A stretch of 45,188 bases of DNA from a virus (IMGVR_UViG_3300046778_000113:1-45188), one strand, 5' to 3'; shown: positions 7,190 to 18,307, counted from the stretch's first letter. Numbers and translations: made by a program. Notes: generated by a model from the letters alone, not told the origin.

Positions 7190-9187
7190 ATGCCAAGTTT
7201 AGGTAATTTATTTTTCACGCTTGGCATGAAATCAAAAGACTTAGAAGATGGTGCAAAAAAGGCAGAGGGCACCCTTGGCTCACTTAAAAGCACCATGCAA
7301 AAGGTTATCGGAACTGCCGCTATTCTTTCTGGGATTGAGTTCTCGCGTAGATTTATTGCAAGCTCATTGGATGCGGTTGACGCCCAGGCAAAACTAGCTC
7401 AATCAATGGACGCGACAATAGGAGGTTTGCGCGCCGTTGAAATGGCTGCGGGTGATGCTGGCGTTGCCACAGAAGATCTTTACAGCGAGGCAGCCAAACT
7501 AAATGGCAGGCTCGGCGATGCAACTAGGCTGACGGGTGCCGCGCACGATGCATTAAAACAGCTTGGCCTTAATGCGCAAACACTTCTCGCAATGGATATC
7601 GATCAGCGTTTTGCGGCTATCGCAGACGCAATGCGCGGCATGAATTTAGCTGGCGGGCAGGCGCAGGATATTATGCGCGACCTTGGTGTGCGCAATGAAA
7701 ATCTTGCAAACCTTATGCGCCAAGGTGGTGACGCGTTTCGCGAACAGGCTGATGAGGTTCGAAGGCTTGGGCTTAACTTGTCCATGGTTGATGCTGCTCA
7801 AGTTGAGGCCGCAAATCGCGCTATCGATGACATGGGCGACACAATTACCGTAATACAAGATAGGCTTGCTGTTGCGGCTGCCCCATACCTTGAAGTTTTG
7901 GCTACTAAATTTAAAGAGCTGACCGCAGGAAGCAACGGCTTTAAAGACATTATCAGCGACACGATAAAAAATATTATTGCCGGATTCGGAAAGGCTGCTG
8001 ATTTTATTAACGGATTGAAAATAGTATTCAAGGTTGTCGAAATAGCTGGGCGCGGATTCTGGGCATCAATGATATCCAGTATCGAACTATTTCAAACTGG
8101 CGTAACAAATGTTGGCGATACCATAGCAACGCTAGCAAATACTTTTATGACCGCAGCGAGCAAAGTTACAGGGGTTAAGGCTGATCTTCTTGAAATGCCA
8201 AGCGAAAGTAATTTCATGGTTTGGCTGCATGATTCTGCAAACTCTGCACGCAATGCACTGGCCGAGGCCAATAGCGAGCTTGGCAAAATGATTGATGCTC
8301 CGCCTCCAAGCGGTGCATTTAATCAATACCTTGACGATGTTGCCAATCACGCAAAAGCGACGGCCACAGAAGTTGTTAAGGCTCGCCAATCAATGCTTGG
8401 CGGTGGCGGCGTTTCCAATATGGAAGACACCAGCGACGCCGATCAAAAAACCCAAGACCAATACAAAAAAGATATGGAGGCGTGGAATGCTAAAAACGCA
8501 TCCGAGCTTGAGGCAGTTAAAAATCGGTACATGACCGAAGAGCAGTTAATCGCGAATCATCATGAAGAGATGCAGGTAATTGGTGACACTTACGACGCAA
8601 CAAAATTTGAGACCGAAGAGCAGTGGCGAAAAGTGCATGAGCAAGCCGAGGCCGATCATCTTGAAAGAATGGCACAAATGAATAAAAGTGCGTATCAGGG
8701 CATTGCCGGAATAATTGAAAAGCACTGGGGCGAAGGTGCCGCCAAAACCGCTAATGCGTTTAAATCCATTCTTGGGACAATGGCTACGGGATCACGAAAA
8801 GCGTTTGAAATATCCAAGGCGTGGGCGATGACTGATGCGCTTATATCCACCTATCAGGGAATTGCAAAAGGTGTTGCCGCCGGCTTTCCGGCCGCAATTC
8901 CATTGGTAGCCGCAGCTGCGGCCACTGGGTTTGCTCAAGTGTCTGCGATACGAAACCAAAGTTTCGGCGGTGGCGGTGGTGCGGCGGCCTCAGGAAATGG
9001 CGCAGCCGGCACAGCTCCAAATCCGGTAGGTGTTGGCGGATCAACCGGCAACGGAGAAGCGCAATCCACTTATCGTTTTGAAGGTTTAACGCCAGGTTCT
9101 CTGGTATCATCTGATGCGGTTGTTGCCGCGCTTAAGCAGGCACAAAAAGACGGAGCCATAAGAGGCAACGCAGTCTTCACAGCATAG
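7190..9187 (+). CDS. Tape measure protein
   Basis: 665 aa, Ala-rich and helical, Gly-rich C-terminus; follows the chaperones. Confidence 0.9.
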   Translation: MPSLGNLFFTLGMKSKDLEDGAKKAEGTLGSLKSTMQKVIGTAAILSGIEFSRRFIASSLDAVDAQAKLAQSMDATIGGLRAVEMAAGDAGVATEDLYSEAAKLNGRLGDATRLTGAAHDALKQLGLNAQTLLAMDIDQRFAAIADAMRGMNLAGGQAQDIMRDLGVRNENLANLMRQGGDAFREQADEVRRLGLNLSMVDAAQVEAANRAIDDMGDTITVIQDRLAVAAAPYLEVLATKFKELTAGSNGFKDIISDTIKNIIAGFGKAADFINGLKIVFKVVEIAGRGFWASMISSIELFQTGVTNVGDTIATLANTFMTAASKVTGVKADLLEMPSESNFMVWLHDSANSARNALAEANSELGKMIDAPPPSGAFNQYLDDVANHAKATATEVVKARQSMLGGGGVSNMEDTSDADQKTQDQYKKDMEAWNAKNASELEAVKNRYMTEEQLIANHHEEMQVIGDTYDATKFETEEQWRKVHEQAEADHLERMAQMNKSAYQGIAGIIEKHWGEGAAKTANAFKSILGTMATGSRKAFEISKAWAMTDALISTYQGIAKGVAAGFPAAIPLVAAAAATGFAQVSAIRNQSFGGGGGAAASGNGAAGTAPNPVGVGGSTGNGEAQSTYRFEGLTPGSLVSSDAVVAALKQAQKDGAIRGNAVFTA

Positions 9188-9195
9188 GTTATTTA

Positions 9196-10059
9196 ATGGC
9201 GATTTACATAACAAACGCGCTTTACCTATCAGCCATTGCTATGGGCGGCGACCCTAATTTGCCGCTCATTGGGTGGCAGTCTGTTATCTCTCAAGCAAAT
9301 ATTTCTGCCGCTGAATTGCCTGATGCGGGATATCCAATTTCTAATATTTGGAGTGCTGACACATACACAAAATGGCGCTCCACTAATTCAGGCGGATCGC
9401 CAACAAACTTAACCATACTCTTCTACAATCCTGATTTACTGGCTGTCGATTACATCGGAATCGCCGGACACAATCTAGGCACTATTGGTGCGCCATTTGT
9501 TTTCCAGTATTACGATGGTGCTGCATGGCAGGATTGTGGCGATGGGCCTCGCATAGCTGATAACGACGCACCAATTCTTGATTTTTTTGATGGCATAACT
9601 GCGCTTTATTTCAAGCTGGTGATCACTGTAGCGGCTGGCGACACCGCACAAATCAGTCATGCAAAAGTAGGTAAAGTGCTTAAGCTTTCGCGCCCTCGCT
9701 ATGTTGGAGAGATCCCTGGAGGCATGGGCAAGATCGTAGAAAAAATAGGGTCTAAATCTTACGCTGGGCAGCATCTGGGTAGTGTTCTCATATCACAAGG
9801 CGACAAGTTTAATATCACCCAAGAAAATATTAAGCCTGAATTTATTCGCAGCCAGGCGATGCAGGACTTCTTTGCGCACGCGTATTTGCTGCAAAAGAAA
9901 TCGGCTGGCCCAGTAGAGACATTTTTCTACGCCTGGCGCCCAGGTGAATACCCACTTGAGGTTCAATATTGCGGCGAGACCACAAAATTCGATCAGCCAT
10001 CAAACCAGCGCAGTAACGGCATGATGCAGTGGTCTATGAGTGGAGACGCATTCCAATGA
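9196..10059 (+). CDS. Distal tail/baseplate protein
   Basis: Directly after the tape measure gene; VDYIGIAGHNL and FFYAWRP motifs. Confidence 0.65.
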   Translation: MAIYITNALYLSAIAMGGDPNLPLIGWQSVISQANISAAELPDAGYPISNIWSADTYTKWRSTNSGGSPTNLTILFYNPDLLAVDYIGIAGHNLGTIGAPFVFQYYDGAAWQDCGDGPRIADNDAPILDFFDGITALYFKLVITVAAGDTAQISHAKVGKVLKLSRPRYVGEIPGGMGKIVEKIGSKSYAGQHLGSVLISQGDKFNITQENIKPEFIRSQAMQDFFAHAYLLQKKSAGPVETFFYAWRPGEYPLEVQYCGETTKFDQPSNQRSNGMMQWSMSGDAFQ

Positions 10060-12299
10060 GTGCGCAAAAGCTGCTTTATGTTGAGCTGGATTGTCCAAAG
10101 TGCGCGCTTGCTTATGGTGTTGCGCCATGCATGGCAACCGATCCAGTTAAGTGCAAAAACACTGCCGCCACCTGCAAAGACATTGTTAATTATGATGACT
10201 CAGAAATCCAAACCGTTAGGTGGGTAAAATCCGCAAGCTATATCCCAAGCACGCCATATGCCGTACCGAATTTGGTGAGCGTAACCACCAGCTCGCAGCG
10301 CATTAACCCAGCCGAAAACCTTGGCAAGCGCGAGCGCGTAACCTGTTCATTTTCAAATCATCGCCACAATGATTCTGACCTAGATCCTTACGTATCTACA
10401 CGCCCATATGTTGCCTATGAGCAAGGTACTTATTGGGGTAAATTCGCGGCAATGTATCCGAACGTTCAGGGCTATGCCATGCGCGTTATTGATACCGATA
10501 CCGATGGCAACGAAATAATCTCGCATTACATCGCAGACGTTGGTGCGATTGTGGGCGATAAAACTGGATATGGGCTAACCGGTAAAGATGTGCTTGATTT
10601 TGCGGAGGGCAATAAAACCCTATGCCCAACGCCAAGCAATGGGATTTTAGCTTCTGCCATAACCAACGTATCGACCTCGCTAACGCTTTCGCCCAGCGGA
10701 ATAGGTGCAGAATATCCGGCATCATTTGAGGGGTATATAGGCGAAGAGTGGGTTGAGTGTACGCGCTCTGGCGATGTTGTTACGCTCGTTACTCGCGGAA
10801 TGTTCGGAACCACTGCTGTTGAACATGATCAGGATGACACGCTGCAGGTTGCCGAGGTATTTACCGCGCAGAATGTTAGCCAAATTCTTGACAGGCTTCT
10901 GCAGTACACCAACACGCCAGCAGAATATTACAATAACGTTCAGTGGGATCAGCAGGTCACAATCGTTAACAGCCCGGCATTAACCGCGAGAATAGGGCAG
11001 CCAACACCAGTATTTGAATTGATTCAGGATTTGATGCGCGACATGGCACTCGATATCCATACCGATGTAATAGCTAAAAAAGTGATGATGAATTTTCTCA
11101 TCAATCAGATTGTTACCATGGATGTCAATGACGGGAATATTATCGATACCCCGCAGGCAAAATACTACGAAGACAAGCGCACCGATTTATTTTTGTTTTC
11201 ATTTGGGCGCAAGAATCCGCTTTTAAAAATGGATGAGCCAAGCAATTACCCTGCGACTATTGTGAGGCCATCAAATAACCCCGTTGTGGTCGCACTTGGA
11301 AATCCTCCCGCTATTCGTCGCCATTATTCGCGATGGGTTTCTGGATTGTTGCGCCCGCAGGCAAGCCAGACAACGGCTTTCGTGGTTGGCCGATATGAAT
11401 TCGCTCCGCGCGGCCTAATGTGTAAAATGAAGGCCGACATGGCCCCGTCTTTATCGCAAGTTGTTAGCGTAAGAACCAATGTTTTCGAGGACGCTTACGG
11501 CGATACTCCGGCAATTACAATGCAGGTTGTATCAGCCTCTCGCGGGCAGGCGCACACCGTTCTTGAGCTTGAAGAGTTCAGGGCTGCACCGTTTGATCCT
11601 GATGAACTACTGATTATCATATCGCTGTCAGATGACATGCTGAATATGGATACGTTTAACGATCTTCGCGAGCTTTATGATTCTGTTTATCCGCTAGCAA
11701 TACCCGTTGGCGCAACTGTTAGATTTGAGGCGGCCCCGGGCGTTGTTCTTGGTGGTGATCGAGCATATCCTAGTGATTTTGCTGTTGTAGTGGGTGCGTG
11801 GCCAGAGGTTACGGCAGGTGATGCATTTATTGAGATAGCTGGCTTAACTTGTGTTGGGTATGGCGGTAATGGTGGTCACGGAGGGGCAAGCACGTCCGAT
11901 CCTGCCGGCTATCGCAATGGCGGAAATGGTGGCAATGCGCTTTATACAAGAGTAAATGTAACTTTAATTGACTGCATAATCGGCGGTGGTGGTGGTGGCG
12001 GTGCCGGCGGATGGCCATTTTATGGCGGCGGCGGTGGCGCTGGATATGATTTTGGTTTAGGCGGATCTTTTAATGTGGGAGGCGGCCCGCCCTTTGGAAG
12101 TAACGGAACGGTATTGAGTGGCGGTGCAGGAGATGGCCTAGGAAAGAATGGCGGAGACCTAGGTGTAGACGGTGATGACAGTTATCCATCTGGCCCTCCG
12201 CCTCCAGGATTTGGCGGAACTGCCGGCATAGCAATAGATGGCGATAGCTACATAACCACAAGCGGAACTACAGCGGTTTACGGATCGAGGATTAATTAA
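10056..12299 (+). CDS. Baseplate hub/tail tip protein with Gly-rich C-terminus
   Basis: ATG overlaps the previous stop; Cys cluster at the N-terminus; RGMFGT..H motif; poly-Gly tail. Confidence 0.7.
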   Translation: MSAQKLLYVELDCPKCALAYGVAPCMATDPVKCKNTAATCKDIVNYDDSEIQTVRWVKSASYIPSTPYAVPNLVSVTTSSQRINPAENLGKRERVTCSFSNHRHNDSDLDPYVSTRPYVAYEQGTYWGKFAAMYPNVQGYAMRVIDTDTDGNEIISHYIADVGAIVGDKTGYGLTGKDVLDFAEGNKTLCPTPSNGILASAITNVSTSLTLSPSGIGAEYPASFEGYIGEEWVECTRSGDVVTLVTRGMFGTTAVEHDQDDTLQVAEVFTAQNVSQILDRLLQYTNTPAEYYNNVQWDQQVTIVNSPALTARIGQPTPVFELIQDLMRDMALDIHTDVIAKKVMMNFLINQIVTMDVNDGNIIDTPQAKYYEDKRTDLFLFSFGRKNPLLKMDEPSNYPATIVRPSNNPVVVALGNPPAIRRHYSRWVSGLLRPQASQTTAFVVGRYEFAPRGLMCKMKADMAPSLSQVVSVRTNVFEDAYGDTPAITMQVVSASRGQAHTVLELEEFRAAPFDPDELLIIISLSDDMLNMDTFNDLRELYDSVYPLAIPVGATVRFEAAPGVVLGGDRAYPSDFAVVVGAWPEVTAGDAFIEIAGLTCVGYGGNGGHGGASTSDPAGYRNGGNGGNALYTRVNVTLIDCIIGGGGGGGAGGWPFYGGGGGAGYDFGLGGSFNVGGGPPFGSNGTVLSGGAGDGLGKNGGDLGVDGDDSYPSGPPPPGFGGTAGIAIDGDSYITTSGTTAVYGSRIN

Positions 12300-14479
12300 T
12301 GAGAGTCAGATTTAACCGAACAATTTGCCGCGCTGCAACCGGTGCCGTATCGCCACTTGCTACCGTAGAGGTTCGCTTACAGTCAACGAATGCACTCGCA
12401 AGCTTATACGCTGCGATTAGTGGTGGCTCGCCGCTAGCAAACCCATTCACAGCAGACGCTAATGGATTCGTTGGTTTTTTTCTTGAGTCTGACGCCTACC
12501 GATTAATAATTACATCGGCTGACGCAAGCGAATCGCAGGAATTAATTTATGAGCCTGTAAGTGATCCCGATGCAGTTGATCAGGCGCAATTTACGGCCGC
12601 TTTAGATCTAAAGCAGGACGATCTCGGATTCACGCCAATAAACAAGGCTGGCGATACAGGAATAGGAGCGCTTCAGGGCACATCATTCGATGCTTCCAGC
12701 AATCTTAAAGCGCCCGTTATCAATGTTGAGGGCGGAGACCCGATTCAATATTTCAAGGATACAAACACGCTTGGCGCGAACCTATTTAGTGCCGCTCATT
12801 ACCTGGATAGCGGCGACAATATAATCGGAAAGATTGGCTTCTTTAATGCCAGTGGATCTTATGAAATTTATAATCCTGGGCGCGATATAAAGTTAAATTC
12901 TTCATCTGTTACGATTCCGGGCAGCGTATCATCGGGCGGAACTATAGAAACATCTTTCAGGGTGAGAACCCCGCTTTTATATGTTATCGGGACTCTGCCT
13001 ACGCAATTTTTTGTTGATACCGATACTTTAGGCGCAAACATTAGCGCCTTTACTTCCTATAACGACAGCTCTTTGACGTTAATTGGCAGAATTGGATTTT
13101 TCAATGGTGACGGATCTTATGAGATAGAAAACACTGGCCGCATAATTCGGCTCGATTCTGGCAGTGTTGATGTTACCGGGGCATTTAATTGTGTCGGGTT
13201 AGCAACACTTAAAAATCTAACTGTAGATGTTGCTTCGGGCGACTCATACATAGACTTCAAGTCTGGGGGTACTCAGTTTGGCCGAATTCGCTTTGGAACA
13301 GCTACCGAGATGGCAATTCTAAATGGCGCCGGCAGCCCATTCATAAGCTTTACCGCGACCAGTTACACAATTTTTAACGCAACTACGCTGCTCGGCAATC
13401 TAACGATGGCAAACTTTGACATAAACAGCGTCAAAAATCTGCAGGTTAATACCAATATTACAGCCGGTGGAGCGATTGTAAGCTCTTCCGGAGTCTCGCA
13501 GGTGGCAAAGCTCGGCGTGGCAACGTCAAGCCTTGGCAGCGATGTGCTTGCAGTTAATGGGTCAACAACTTTTTATAGTCACACCGTTACAAACGGAAAT
13601 ACAAGTGCGACAGGGTCGGTAACTGGAGGCACAGTTGTTTCTAATGGTGACGCCACTGTCGCAGGAAATTTAAATTTAACCGGCTCCGCAAAAAGAATTA
13701 TCGCCGACTGGTCTAACTCAACCGTATCAAGCAGAGCATTGTTGCAGACTTCGACCGCAAACTCTGCAACAGGAGTGACTATAGCTCCAACCGGCACAGG
13801 AACAACAGCGGCAGTTACATTGGTAAGCACATCAGGTGCGGATAATTCGTCAAGACTTACCATTAGCGCGAATCTTGCAGATTGTCAAATAAGGTCGGAT
13901 ATTTATGGGTCAGGATCGCATGTCCCGCTAAATATTCTTGTTGGCGGATCAGTAAGACAGGCAATCAGCACTGCTGGTGATGCTGGGTTCGGGGTTACAT
14001 CCCCCACAACAAAGGCAAAACTTCAAACCTCAAACGGAATTCACCTAGGCAACTCTGCAAACTCAAACACTGATGTGCTTGATTATTATGAAGAGCAGAT
14101 AAGCTCAACCCCTAGTGCGATTGGTGGAACTGTTGCAGGCGCGCCAACAACTTACACATCCAGAACATGTAAAGGTACGCGCAAGGGAAACGAGGTTAGC
14201 GTAATAATTAACATTGGATGGACTGGGCATACCGGGACGGGAGACCTATTTATTAGCGGGCTGCCATTTACTAACTTTTCAATCAATGCACCTATAAGCA
14301 TCCATGCTGATGGCCTGATTGGCGTTGCTGGAAGTACAATGTTTCAAGGCTATGGGCTTGGCGGAAACTCTAATATCGCGATAACATCAATAATCGCAAC
14401 TACAGGCGTGAAATCTGCGGTTCCAATAGCAGCCAACGTCACAAATTTAATCATTGGAATCACCTACCAAATTCTATAG
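12299..14479 (+). CDS. Tail fibre / receptor-binding protein
   Basis: N-terminal LANPFTADANG anchor; Ser/Thr/Gly-rich; C-terminal LDYYEE...ISGLPF module; internal duplication. Confidence 0.8.
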   Translation: MRVRFNRTICRAATGAVSPLATVEVRLQSTNALASLYAAISGGSPLANPFTADANGFVGFFLESDAYRLIITSADASESQELIYEPVSDPDAVDQAQFTAALDLKQDDLGFTPINKAGDTGIGALQGTSFDASSNLKAPVINVEGGDPIQYFKDTNTLGANLFSAAHYLDSGDNIIGKIGFFNASGSYEIYNPGRDIKLNSSSVTIPGSVSSGGTIETSFRVRTPLLYVIGTLPTQFFVDTDTLGANISAFTSYNDSSLTLIGRIGFFNGDGSYEIENTGRIIRLDSGSVDVTGAFNCVGLATLKNLTVDVASGDSYIDFKSGGTQFGRIRFGTATEMAILNGAGSPFISFTATSYTIFNATTLLGNLTMANFDINSVKNLQVNTNITAGGAIVSSSGVSQVAKLGVATSSLGSDVLAVNGSTTFYSHTVTNGNTSATGSVTGGTVVSNGDATVAGNLNLTGSAKRIIADWSNSTVSSRALLQTSTANSATGVTIAPTGTGTTAAVTLVSTSGADNSSRLTISANLADCQIRSDIYGSGSHVPLNILVGGSVRQAISTAGDAGFGVTSPTTKAKLQTSNGIHLGNSANSNTDVLDYYEEQISSTPSAIGGTVAGAPTTYTSRTCKGTRKGNEVSVIINIGWTGHTGTGDLFISGLPFTNFSINAPISIHADGLIGVAGSTMFQGYGLGGNSNIAITSIIATTGVKSAVPIAANVTNLIIGITYQIL

Positions 14480-14487
14480 GTTTAAAA

Positions 14488-14907
14488 ATGGCCAAAGAAA
14501 TAGTAAAAAAATTGCTAGGAATTAATTACCATTTAAACGAAAAGATGGTCGATATTTCATGGTCTGCAGATACCTACTATGATGGCGAATTGCTTGCAAG
14601 CGAAAAGCATTGCGGCGCATATCCTGTGATGCCAGATGGCGAACTGTTTGATCCTGGAAAAACTGCAGAGGGTGTTTGCCTTGTCGATATTTTGGGGCAT
14701 GCCGCCACCGATGCCATAGCAAATTTTGACTCAATGAAAGCTCAGATTGAATCATTGACGCGACTTAACGAACATTTTTCTGAGCAGGTAGAAATTAAGC
14801 GATCAGAAAATGAAAGCCTTAAAATTGAGAACGAAAATCTCAAAATTGAAAGCGAAAATCTTAAGGCTGAGATCGAAACAATTAAGGCTACTGCGAGCGA
14901 GCAATAA
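14488..14907 (+). CDS. Putative fibre-associated chaperone with heptad repeats
   Basis: Follows the fibre gene; ENESLKI-ENENLKI-ESENLKA 21-bp repeats. Confidence 0.55.
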   Translation: MAKEIVKKLLGINYHLNEKMVDISWSADTYYDGELLASEKHCGAYPVMPDGELFDPGKTAEGVCLVDILGHAATDAIANFDSMKAQIESLTRLNEHFSEQVEIKRSENESLKIENENLKIESENLKAEIETIKATASEQ

Positions 14908-16739
14908 TGACTAACTACGTGATAACCGGTTCAGTTGGAACTTACGGTGTGCCAACAGACTTCACGCCGAATGGAACGCCTGTGGTCGGAGTGGACACCA
15001 TAACCATAGGTGCGGGTAAAGAGTTGCGCATTGCAGGATCTGGAATTACAACTGTTTGCGCGTATACCATTGGAGGCTCCTCTGGGCCCACTTATGCCAA
15101 AATAACCGTTCTTAGCGGAGGCACACTGAAGCATGGTGCAACGCCAACAATTAACGATTGGACTGAGTATGAGCTGCAGGGAAATGCAACTGTAGACTGT
15201 AACGGCTATGACTTTCTGCCAAATGTATCTGACGCTTCTGGCGTCCGCTTTAAGCTATATGCAACAGGAACCGCATTTGGTGCAGCAAAAACAATAATTA
15301 AATCGTCGGCGGCTATGTGTAAATTCGGCGGCTCAACCGATCCGATAGGCATCTATTTAGACTTAAATAATTTTGAAATTAATAACCTAAATTGGCGTGC
15401 CGGCGGTAGCTATTACAACGGCAACCACTTGCGGCTACAGTACGGCCTAATCAAAAATTACGGCGCTTTTTCAATATCTGGATACCAAGCCGATTCTTCC
15501 GATGTGATTTTAAAAAACTTAGAGTTCAGAGGTTGCAGTGCGCCAGCAGAAACAAACCTAGGCACTGTAATAGCCGATTTAGGATTCCACCCAACGGGTG
15601 ACGAGAACGGCGGCGATGTGACCGGCGCTCGAACTTTTGAAAATGTTGTGTTTGATGCAACCGATACACCTGGATCTCAGGTAAAGGTGAAAATATTCTG
15701 GCTTCGCGGGTTCATTCCAAATAATTTGATGTTTTTGGATTGTCAGCCTTATGATCAGAGCGGCAACGAAACATGGGATAGCATTTTTGTAAAAGTCCGC
15801 AATGAAGGCAACGCAGCATTTGGCGTACTTAGCGCCGACAATCTTGTGGTTGTCTCAAATAATGACAACCCTAAGCATTTTTCTGGCTCGGGTACTTGGA
15901 ATGCTCCGGTAGTCGAATGCAAATGGCTGGGTGGCGTATCAGCTGATGCTGGCGATTTGTGGGTAATCGGCAATTCAGACCCTCTTGTTTTAAATTTTCC
16001 ATTACTGATTGATGAGTTTGGATCAGGCATGGTTAACGCCTTGTCTGCTGATCGCGGTGCAAATGTAACTTTAAATCATGCAACCTACATTGCTGACGTT
16101 CAGCATCCTCAAAACGGATTTTTCCGTAATGAGGGTGGCGGGCGCTATACTGGGGTTGTAGGCGTAACAAATAACATTAACTACATTCGCAGCAATCCTA
16201 CAAACGCCGCTGTTATTTACGGCTTCAATTTAGGCGAAAACACCGCTAACGATCAGCTAACTACCCACGGTTACAACTGTTGGGTTAACTATCCAAGCCA
16301 GTTAAATTCTAGTATTTATCACGCCGTTAACAGCGCAACAAAAACTTTAGGGCAGACCGACTGGGGTGGTGGCGATATATTCACCGATCCAGAATTTATT
16401 CAGGACTCTCGCGGCATTATGTCTTGGGGTGCAATGAATGGGGCGGCAACATACTCAGATTCTATTCAGGCCTTGGCAAAGGGTGTTAACGGCTACGATA
16501 AGGCGTCCGGGATATTTAATTCGGGCGCAATAATTGAAGATACGGTAGAAGTCTATTACGAATATGTCCGTAATGGCTTTGCACCAACCGCATTGGCGTA
16601 TATTAACAATGACTCGACCGGTACGCGCACGCGCGGCGCCGTTGAATGGACGGCCGCACCTTCTTCTGCCCTTGGTGTAACATCCTCCGAAATTACATCA
16701 AGTTCGCTAACGTCAAGATCAGTTACACAGCGCAATTAA
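14907..16739 (+). CDS. Putative beta-helix virion protein / tailspike-like protein
   Basis: 610 aa, Asn/Gly-rich; DPEF and RGAVE motifs near the C-terminus; last gene of the tail module. Confidence 0.5.
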   Translation: MTNYVITGSVGTYGVPTDFTPNGTPVVGVDTITIGAGKELRIAGSGITTVCAYTIGGSSGPTYAKITVLSGGTLKHGATPTINDWTEYELQGNATVDCNGYDFLPNVSDASGVRFKLYATGTAFGAAKTIIKSSAAMCKFGGSTDPIGIYLDLNNFEINNLNWRAGGSYYNGNHLRLQYGLIKNYGAFSISGYQADSSDVILKNLEFRGCSAPAETNLGTVIADLGFHPTGDENGGDVTGARTFENVVFDATDTPGSQVKVKIFWLRGFIPNNLMFLDCQPYDQSGNETWDSIFVKVRNEGNAAFGVLSADNLVVVSNNDNPKHFSGSGTWNAPVVECKWLGGVSADAGDLWVIGNSDPLVLNFPLLIDEFGSGMVNALSADRGANVTLNHATYIADVQHPQNGFFRNEGGGRYTGVVGVTNNINYIRSNPTNAAVIYGFNLGENTANDQLTTHGYNCWVNYPSQLNSSIYHAVNSATKTLGQTDWGGGDIFTDPEFIQDSRGIMSWGAMNGAATYSDSIQALAKGVNGYDKASGIFNSGAIIEDTVEVYYEYVRNGFAPTALAYINNDSTGTRTRGAVEWTAAPSSALGVTSSEITSSSLTSRSVTQRN

Positions 16740-16752
16740 TCTGGTGAATCAA

Positions 16753-17172
16753 ATGAGTGACGGAAAGCTATCTGAGCACTTCAAATTAAAAGAGCTAATT
16801 GTTACAAATACGGGGCTAGATAACTCTCCCCCAAATGCCATTATTGATAATTTGCATACTCTTGCGCAAACGCTGGAAAGAGTTAGATTTGCGTGCAAAA
16901 ACAATCCGGTTACAATTCTAAGCGGGTACAGATCGCCTGATGTTAATGCAAAAGTTGGCGGATCAAAAACAAGCGCGCACATGAAAGGCCTTGCTGCTGA
17001 TTTTGTTGTGGGAAATATGACACTAAAGGAAATATTTTCCGCTATTAGAAAGTCAGGAATTAGCTACGATCAATTGATTCTTGAGCCAAGCTGGGTTCAT
17101 ATTGGCTTGGCAGCAAAGCCAAGACAGCAGAATCTTATTTATGATGGTAAAAACTATTCGGTGGCGCCATGA
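16753..17172 (+). CDS. Endolysin, peptidase M15 family
   Basis: LSEHFKLKEL, ILSGYRS, SAHMKGLAADF and WVHIG motifs. Confidence 0.9.
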   Translation: MSDGKLSEHFKLKELIVTNTGLDNSPPNAIIDNLHTLAQTLERVRFACKNNPVTILSGYRSPDVNAKVGGSKTSAHMKGLAADFVVGNMTLKEIFSAIRKSGISYDQLILEPSWVHIGLAAKPRQQNLIYDGKNYSVAP

Positions 17173-17666
17173 AATGGTCAGATTTAAGTAAAGCTATTGG
17201 TCGCGCAGCCCCGCTGCTCGGATCAGCATTGGGCGGCCCCGTAGGCGGCGCAGTTGGTGCGGTTATATCTTCCGCGCTCGGTGTAGATAATACGCCAGAT
17301 GCGGTTGCAGCGGCGATAAAGGCAGATCCATCAATTGCTATTAAGCTGCGCGAAATTGAATCGCAGAACGAGGCCAGCTTGCGCGATTATCAATTCAAGG
17401 TTCTTGATGCAGAGCTTAAAGACGTTCAAAACGCGCGTGATATACATCGAATGTCATTTATGCCGGCAGCTATCACAATATCAATGACTATTTTGTCGAT
17501 GCTATATGGCGCGTCGCTATTTAATATAGAGTTTCCAGAGGCAAACCGAGACATGATAAACACTTTTGGCGGGCAACTCCTTACGCTATGGGTTGGCTCT
17601 GTCGTATACTGGATTGGCACAACGCGCAGCAGCGCAGAGAAAAATCGAATATTAACCAGTAAATAG
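17169..17666 (+). CDS. Holin-like membrane protein
   Basis: APLLGSALGGPVGG N-terminus, two hydrophobic segments, YWIGTTRSS..K C-terminus; adjacent to the endolysin. Confidence 0.65.
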   Translation: MKWSDLSKAIGRAAPLLGSALGGPVGGAVGAVISSALGVDNTPDAVAAAIKADPSIAIKLREIESQNEASLRDYQFKVLDAELKDVQNARDIHRMSFMPAAITISMTILSMLYGASLFNIEFPEANRDMINTFGGQLLTLWVGSVVYWIGTTRSSAEKNRILTSK

Positions 17667-17674
17667 GGGTGGCC

Positions 17675-17839
17675 ATGCAGATTATTATCAAAAGAAAATC
17701 ATTTATCAATCGCACAGATAATGATAAAAACGAAGTTGAAAGCCAAGTAACGGTAACCGGCGATCAGGTTGTTGTTAATACCGAATCATCGGTAACCGTA
17801 ACATTTACCGAATCTGAAACAATTGTAGATTTGGCGTAA
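17675..17839 (+). CDS. Small hypothetical protein (54 aa), not in ORF track
   Basis: RBS AGGGGT; MQIIIKRKSFINRTDNDKNEVESQVTVTGDQVVVNTESSVTVTFTESETIVDLA. Confidence 0.6.
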   Translation: MQIIIKRKSFINRTDNDKNEVESQVTVTGDQVVVNTESSVTVTFTESETIVDLA

Positions 17840-17848
17840 AGGTGATTT

Positions 17849-18307
17849 ATGACAGAGCTATTTTTGGCGCTAATTACTTTATTGACCACAAGGACAAAGG
17901 GTAACGACAGGCCGGTAGCTCTGGTCTATTGCCTTGTTGGGCATATGTCATATTTTAGCAATTACATTTTGCCCACCGAAATAATGTTCCATTTCATGGC
18001 GGCTAGTGAAGCGCTAACTGTAGCAATGCTTGTTTGTTTTCGCGGATGCTCAGCATCAAAACTTACTGATTTACTTATCCCGGTATCGCTATTCGCGGTA
18101 TTCATAGACGTTTATGGATGGGCCCAATATAGAAATAATCAGCCATTAGATAGCTTCAATGATGTAATATTGCTCTATTACGGACTAATAATAGCAATTT
18201 TCATCTATGTGGTTATTACGCATGATCGAGTTCATTCTAGGGCTGACCGGCTTTTCCGCGATAATCGTAACTATAATTCACTACTGGAAGATTCACATAA
18301 ATGTTAA
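17849..18307 (+). CDS. Multi-pass membrane protein
   Basis: Several hydrophobic segments; RBS AGGTGA. Confidence 0.7.
   Translation: MTELFLALITLLTTRTKGNDRPVALVYCLVGHMSYFSNYILPTEIMFHFMAASEALTVAMLVCFRGCSASKLTDLLIPVSLFAVFIDVYGWAQYRNNQPLDSFNDVILLYYGLIIAIFIYVVITHDRVHSRADRLFRDNRNYNSLLEDSHKC

Noticed and set aside
12299-16739. Diversity-generating retroelement or invertible tail-fibre system
   Set aside because: No reverse transcriptase, invertase or adenine-specific TR/VR pair is seen; the fibre duplication is diverged at all base types.
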